From: Minisyncoccota bacterium
Lineage (GTDB): Bacteria > Patescibacteriota > Minisyncoccia > Phycocordibacterales > UBA9973
NCBI GenBank assembly: GCA_039915165.1
Contig: JBDSNU010000018.1
Coordinates: 166,617 to 230,616, forward strand
Reading direction: 5' to 3'
Length of the DNA stretch: 64,000 nucleotides
In this document: positions 61,302 through 64,000 of the stretch, piece after piece
Numbering within the stretch: position 1 is the first letter of the stretch
Layout of the letters: the number at the start of each line of letters is the position of its first letter
Translations under genes and position numbers: made by a program
The notes under the pieces: generated by a model
Told to the model about the DNA's origin: nothing
What the model saw: the letters and a program-made list of their open reading frames with translations, nothing else
The model's database searches: none

Positions 61302-62207
61302 ATGACATTCAAAAAAGTAGTATTTTACATAGCAGTGTTGGTATTGCTCGCTATTGCAGCATATCAATTCACCCATAAGCCAGTAACATCGCAAATCCCA
61401 GTAGTTACTACACCTGTAGTCACAACACCCATCGTAACTTCTACCGCCCAATATTCTTGTAGTATGGGTAAAACAATCGCGGCAAACTTCAGTGACCAGC
61501 TAGCAGCTATTACTCTTTCTGACGGCCGAGCTTTTTCTTTAGCGCAAACAGTTTCTGCTGATGGTGCTCAATATACAAAAGACAACATTTCTTTTATTAC
61601 TAAAGGAAACCAAGCATTTTTACAAGAAAACAATGCGACCACATTTGAAAATTGTGTTGTTGATACTACTACTGGAACAGCCGTAAATGGCTATAAAACA
61701 TATACCGACCAAGGTAAGACATTTATCTTCACCTATCCCGAAGCATTTACACTTGCTGGTGGCGGTATTGGGTATACAGAAAATTGGAAAACAAATACTG
61801 ATGGCACATTAGGATTGGTTCTTATTGCATTGAATTCTCCGGCGGATTATTTACCAAAAACAAATTTTGGTGACGCAAAATTTACTGTTGGAACATCAAG
61901 TGATCCAAAAGCAGTGAAAGGATGTCTTGTTGATACTTCAGGGCAAGGGGTAGTCAAGTCTACTGTTGTTATTAACAAAGTGCCTTATACCAAATTTGTT
62001 TCTGTTGATGCAGGTGCAGGCAATAGATATGAAACTAATAGTTTCCGCGCAATTCAAAATCAGCAATGCTATACGATTGAATATACTATTCACTATGCAG
62101 TACTAGAAAACTACGATCCAAGTTCAGGTATCAAAGCATTTGATCAAAAGAAGGTACATGAAGTACTTGATGGTATCGTAAAAAGTTTCGCCTTTCTCCC
62201 ACAATAA
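61302..62207 (+). CDS. MliC-domain (lysozyme-inhibitor-like) secreted protein
   Basis: Y.C...LAQTVSADGAQY...F.TKG..AFL. Confidence 0.7.
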   Translation: MTFKKVVFYIAVLVLLAIAAYQFTHKPVTSQIPVVTTPVVTTPIVTSTAQYSCSMGKTIAANFSDQLAAITLSDGRAFSLAQTVSADGAQYTKDNISFITKGNQAFLQENNATTFENCVVDTTTGTAVNGYKTYTDQGKTFIFTYPEAFTLAGGGIGYTENWKTNTDGTLGLVLIALNSPADYLPKTNFGDAKFTVGTSSDPKAVKGCLVDTSGQGVVKSTVVINKVPYTKFVSVDAGAGNRYETNSFRAIQNQQCYTIEYTIHYAVLENYDPSSGIKAFDQKKVHEVLDGIVKSFAFLPQ

Positions 62208-62211
62208 CACT

Positions 62212-62721
62212 ATGAGTGAGCGCGAAGTTATTGTTAACGATATCATGCAACAAGGGTATCGGTATACTTGTACTGCACCAGTAGGGAAATCATTTGATCC
62301 AGAATTTACACCAGATCTCACCCCCAAAGAAATGCTCGAAATGGGCATTTTTGGCGGTAAATATATGACGGATTGTCGAGATGAATTTCCGTCGACCTGG
62401 TTTACTCATGCCAAGCTCTCACCAACTAAACACAATGCAGATGTAAATTTTTTCGGAGTCAATGCCAGTCAGCCACTCTCTGTGTGGAGAGCAAAAGGAT
62501 GGATATATGCTGACGATCCTCGTGGCTGGTTTCAGTGGTACTGTCGTTACTATATGGGGCGACGTATTCCTCATGAAGACTCGCGACAAATTAAGCGATG
62601 GAAAATGATTCGTCGTCATGTCGGTCAGATTGTTCATAACTGTCGCCGTAATGATATTCATTGTCGACCGCGACAACGTCAAGCATTATTGCATTGGGCA
62701 TATGATAGTAGAAACATATAA
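62212..62721 (+). CDS. conserved hypothetical protein
   Basis: PDLTPKEMLEMGIFGGKY...DPRGWFQWYCRYYMGRR...RQALLHWAYD. Confidence 0.75.
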   Translation: MSEREVIVNDIMQQGYRYTCTAPVGKSFDPEFTPDLTPKEMLEMGIFGGKYMTDCRDEFPSTWFTHAKLSPTKHNADVNFFGVNASQPLSVWRAKGWIYADDPRGWFQWYCRYYMGRRIPHEDSRQIKRWKMIRRHVGQIVHNCRRNDIHCRPRQRQALLHWAYDSRNI

Positions 62722-62743
62722 GTATTGAGGTATACTAATAAGT

Positions 62744-63001
62744 ATGAATTCAATACCACATGCCGACGTTTTCTTCCTCGTCGCAACAATAGGCTTTATT
62801 ATAATTTTCGCGTTATTAGTTGTTGTACTTATCTATATTATTTCTCTCTTTAAAAGCGTTAATCGTATTACTAAAAAAATTGAAAACAATATCGATACTA
62901 TTGGTGACACCGCAAAAGATTTCGTAGTCTCACTGTGGGACAGTAGTGTCTTTTCTTGGATATTTGGTAAAAAGCGCAAAAGCAAAAATGCTAAAGACTA
63001 G
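62744..63001 (+). CDS. small membrane protein
   Basis: TM + amphipathic helix. Confidence 0.6.
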   Translation: MNSIPHADVFFLVATIGFIIIFALLVVVLIYIISLFKSVNRITKKIENNIDTIGDTAKDFVVSLWDSSVFSWIFGKKRKSKNAKD

Positions 63002-63072
63002 CAGCGCAGACCTTTGCAAGTAGTATCAGGATGCTATACTTAAAGGGTTATCAGCAATAGTGCAAAAATTTT

Positions 63073-63519
63073 ATGGCAAAACAAACAAAAAAAGATGAAG
63101 GTTCATCAACAGGTACAGTAGTAGCAGTCGGCGCGGGAGTGGTTGCACTTGCTGCAGCTTCGTATTTTTTCTTCGGTCCTGAAGGAAAAAAGAACCGTAA
63201 CAGTCTCAAGGGCTGGATGGTGAAAATGAAAGGTGAAATTATTGAAAAAATGGAAGATGCAAAGGACATGTCTGAAGCAGCGTACGAAAAGATTGTTGAC
63301 GCTGTTGCAGCAAAATATGCAAAAGCAGGCAAGGTAAGTGAGGCAGAGATTCGTTTATTTGCAGGTATCCTTAAACAGCAATGGAAAGGTATCGTAAAAG
63401 CTCACAACAAAACTTCTGCTGTAAAAGGCGCTGTGAAAAAAGTTGTTAGTGCTGCAAAAAAAGAAGTAAAAGGTACTCCAACTTCAGCACGCGCTGCAGC
63501 TAGTAAGTCTAAGAAATAA
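63073..63519 (+). CDS. YtxH-like Lys/Ala-rich protein
   Basis: AAASYFFFGPEGKKNR motif. Confidence 0.65.
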   Translation: MAKQTKKDEGSSTGTVVAVGAGVVALAAASYFFFGPEGKKNRNSLKGWMVKMKGEIIEKMEDAKDMSEAAYEKIVDAVAAKYAKAGKVSEAEIRLFAGILKQQWKGIVKAHNKTSAVKGAVKKVVSAAKKEVKGTPTSARAAASKSKK

Positions 63520-63596
63520 ACTGCTATGTTGGTAGATATTGCAATTTTGCTCTTGATCCTCTGGTTTCTTATTTCTTTAGTGATATACTGTATGCA

Positions 63597-64000
63597 ATGC
63601 GATCGCTATTTATTTATGTAAAAAAACATAATACGTTTTTCTTAGCGATTGGCTTCCTTGCCGTTTTCGCCATCACTGTCGCGTATGCTACTCCTCCTTC
63701 ATCTCCGTACTCAGCAGGCGAGACACTGGATCCTCAGTGTGCACCAGGATCTTCAAACTGTACTGTTCTTATCAGTGCTGGCGCCTCATCTCAATGGGAT
63801 GACGTCACCAACGGCATTAACTACGCTGGTGGTAATGTAGGTATTGGAACGACGACACCACAGAGTGCCTTGGATGTGAATGGAGAAGTGCGGATGAATA
63901 ACCTGAATGTTTTGGGTGTAGGAATAGCTACGGTTGTCGATGCTCCGACCAATTTGCAAGGGAGTGAAAGTAGAGAATCTACTTTCATTAACTCCACGTT
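63597..64000 (+). CDS. 5' part of a large surface protein (runs off window)
   Basis: MRSLFIYVKKHNTFFLAIGFLAVFAITVAYA...TLDPQCAPGSSNCTV...GNVGIGTTTPQSALDV; no stop before the window end. Confidence 0.75.
   Translation, partial: MRSLFIYVKKHNTFFLAIGFLAVFAITVAYATPPSSPYSAGETLDPQCAPGSSNCTVLISAGASSQWDDVTNGINYAGGNVGIGTTTPQSALDVNGEVRMNNLNVLGVGIATVVDAPTNLQGSESRESTFINST

Overview
This 64-kb window looks like chromosome from a small-genome bacterium, most likely Patescibacteria/CPR (Parcubacteria-like). That is an inference from the type IV pilus/competence locus, the short RF2, tight TAATATG gene junctions and many secreted hypothetical proteins. It uses standard code 11. Core content: radC, comF, a pilMNO-PilB-PilT-PilC-pilin-pilD-minor pilin locus, ligA, gatCA, a DEAD-box helicase, typA, prfB, ftsEX and six tRNAs. 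The most striking signal is a pair of tRNA-anchored cassette arrays. At tRNA-Asp(GTC), a large serine recombinase (LSR) gene reads into the tRNA 3' end. Three downstream att-like sites (32846, 35500, 36313) share the tRNA-end core CGCGCA. Each is followed by a terminator hairpin and encodes, in frame with the LSR, an alternative C-terminal tail (LRGLVDEVRT..., LRALAEAVGTRIREYKGFVYVP..., LRALVEAVGTRIREYRGFVYVP...); the last two differ mostly by synonymous changes. These sites delimit integrase-less gene cassettes. A second array with the same site grammar and no integrase lies behind tRNA-Gln(CTG) (50735-54363). Other findings: an orphan MazF/PemK gene inside a 25-bp typA-end duplication, with a convergent sRNA candidate that has its own promoter and terminator; a GIY-YIG gene between duplicated tRNA-Asp 5' ends; a RAYT with its REPs; REP-like elements inserted in frame into pilin leaders and LigA; and two atypical CAU-anticodon tRNAs.
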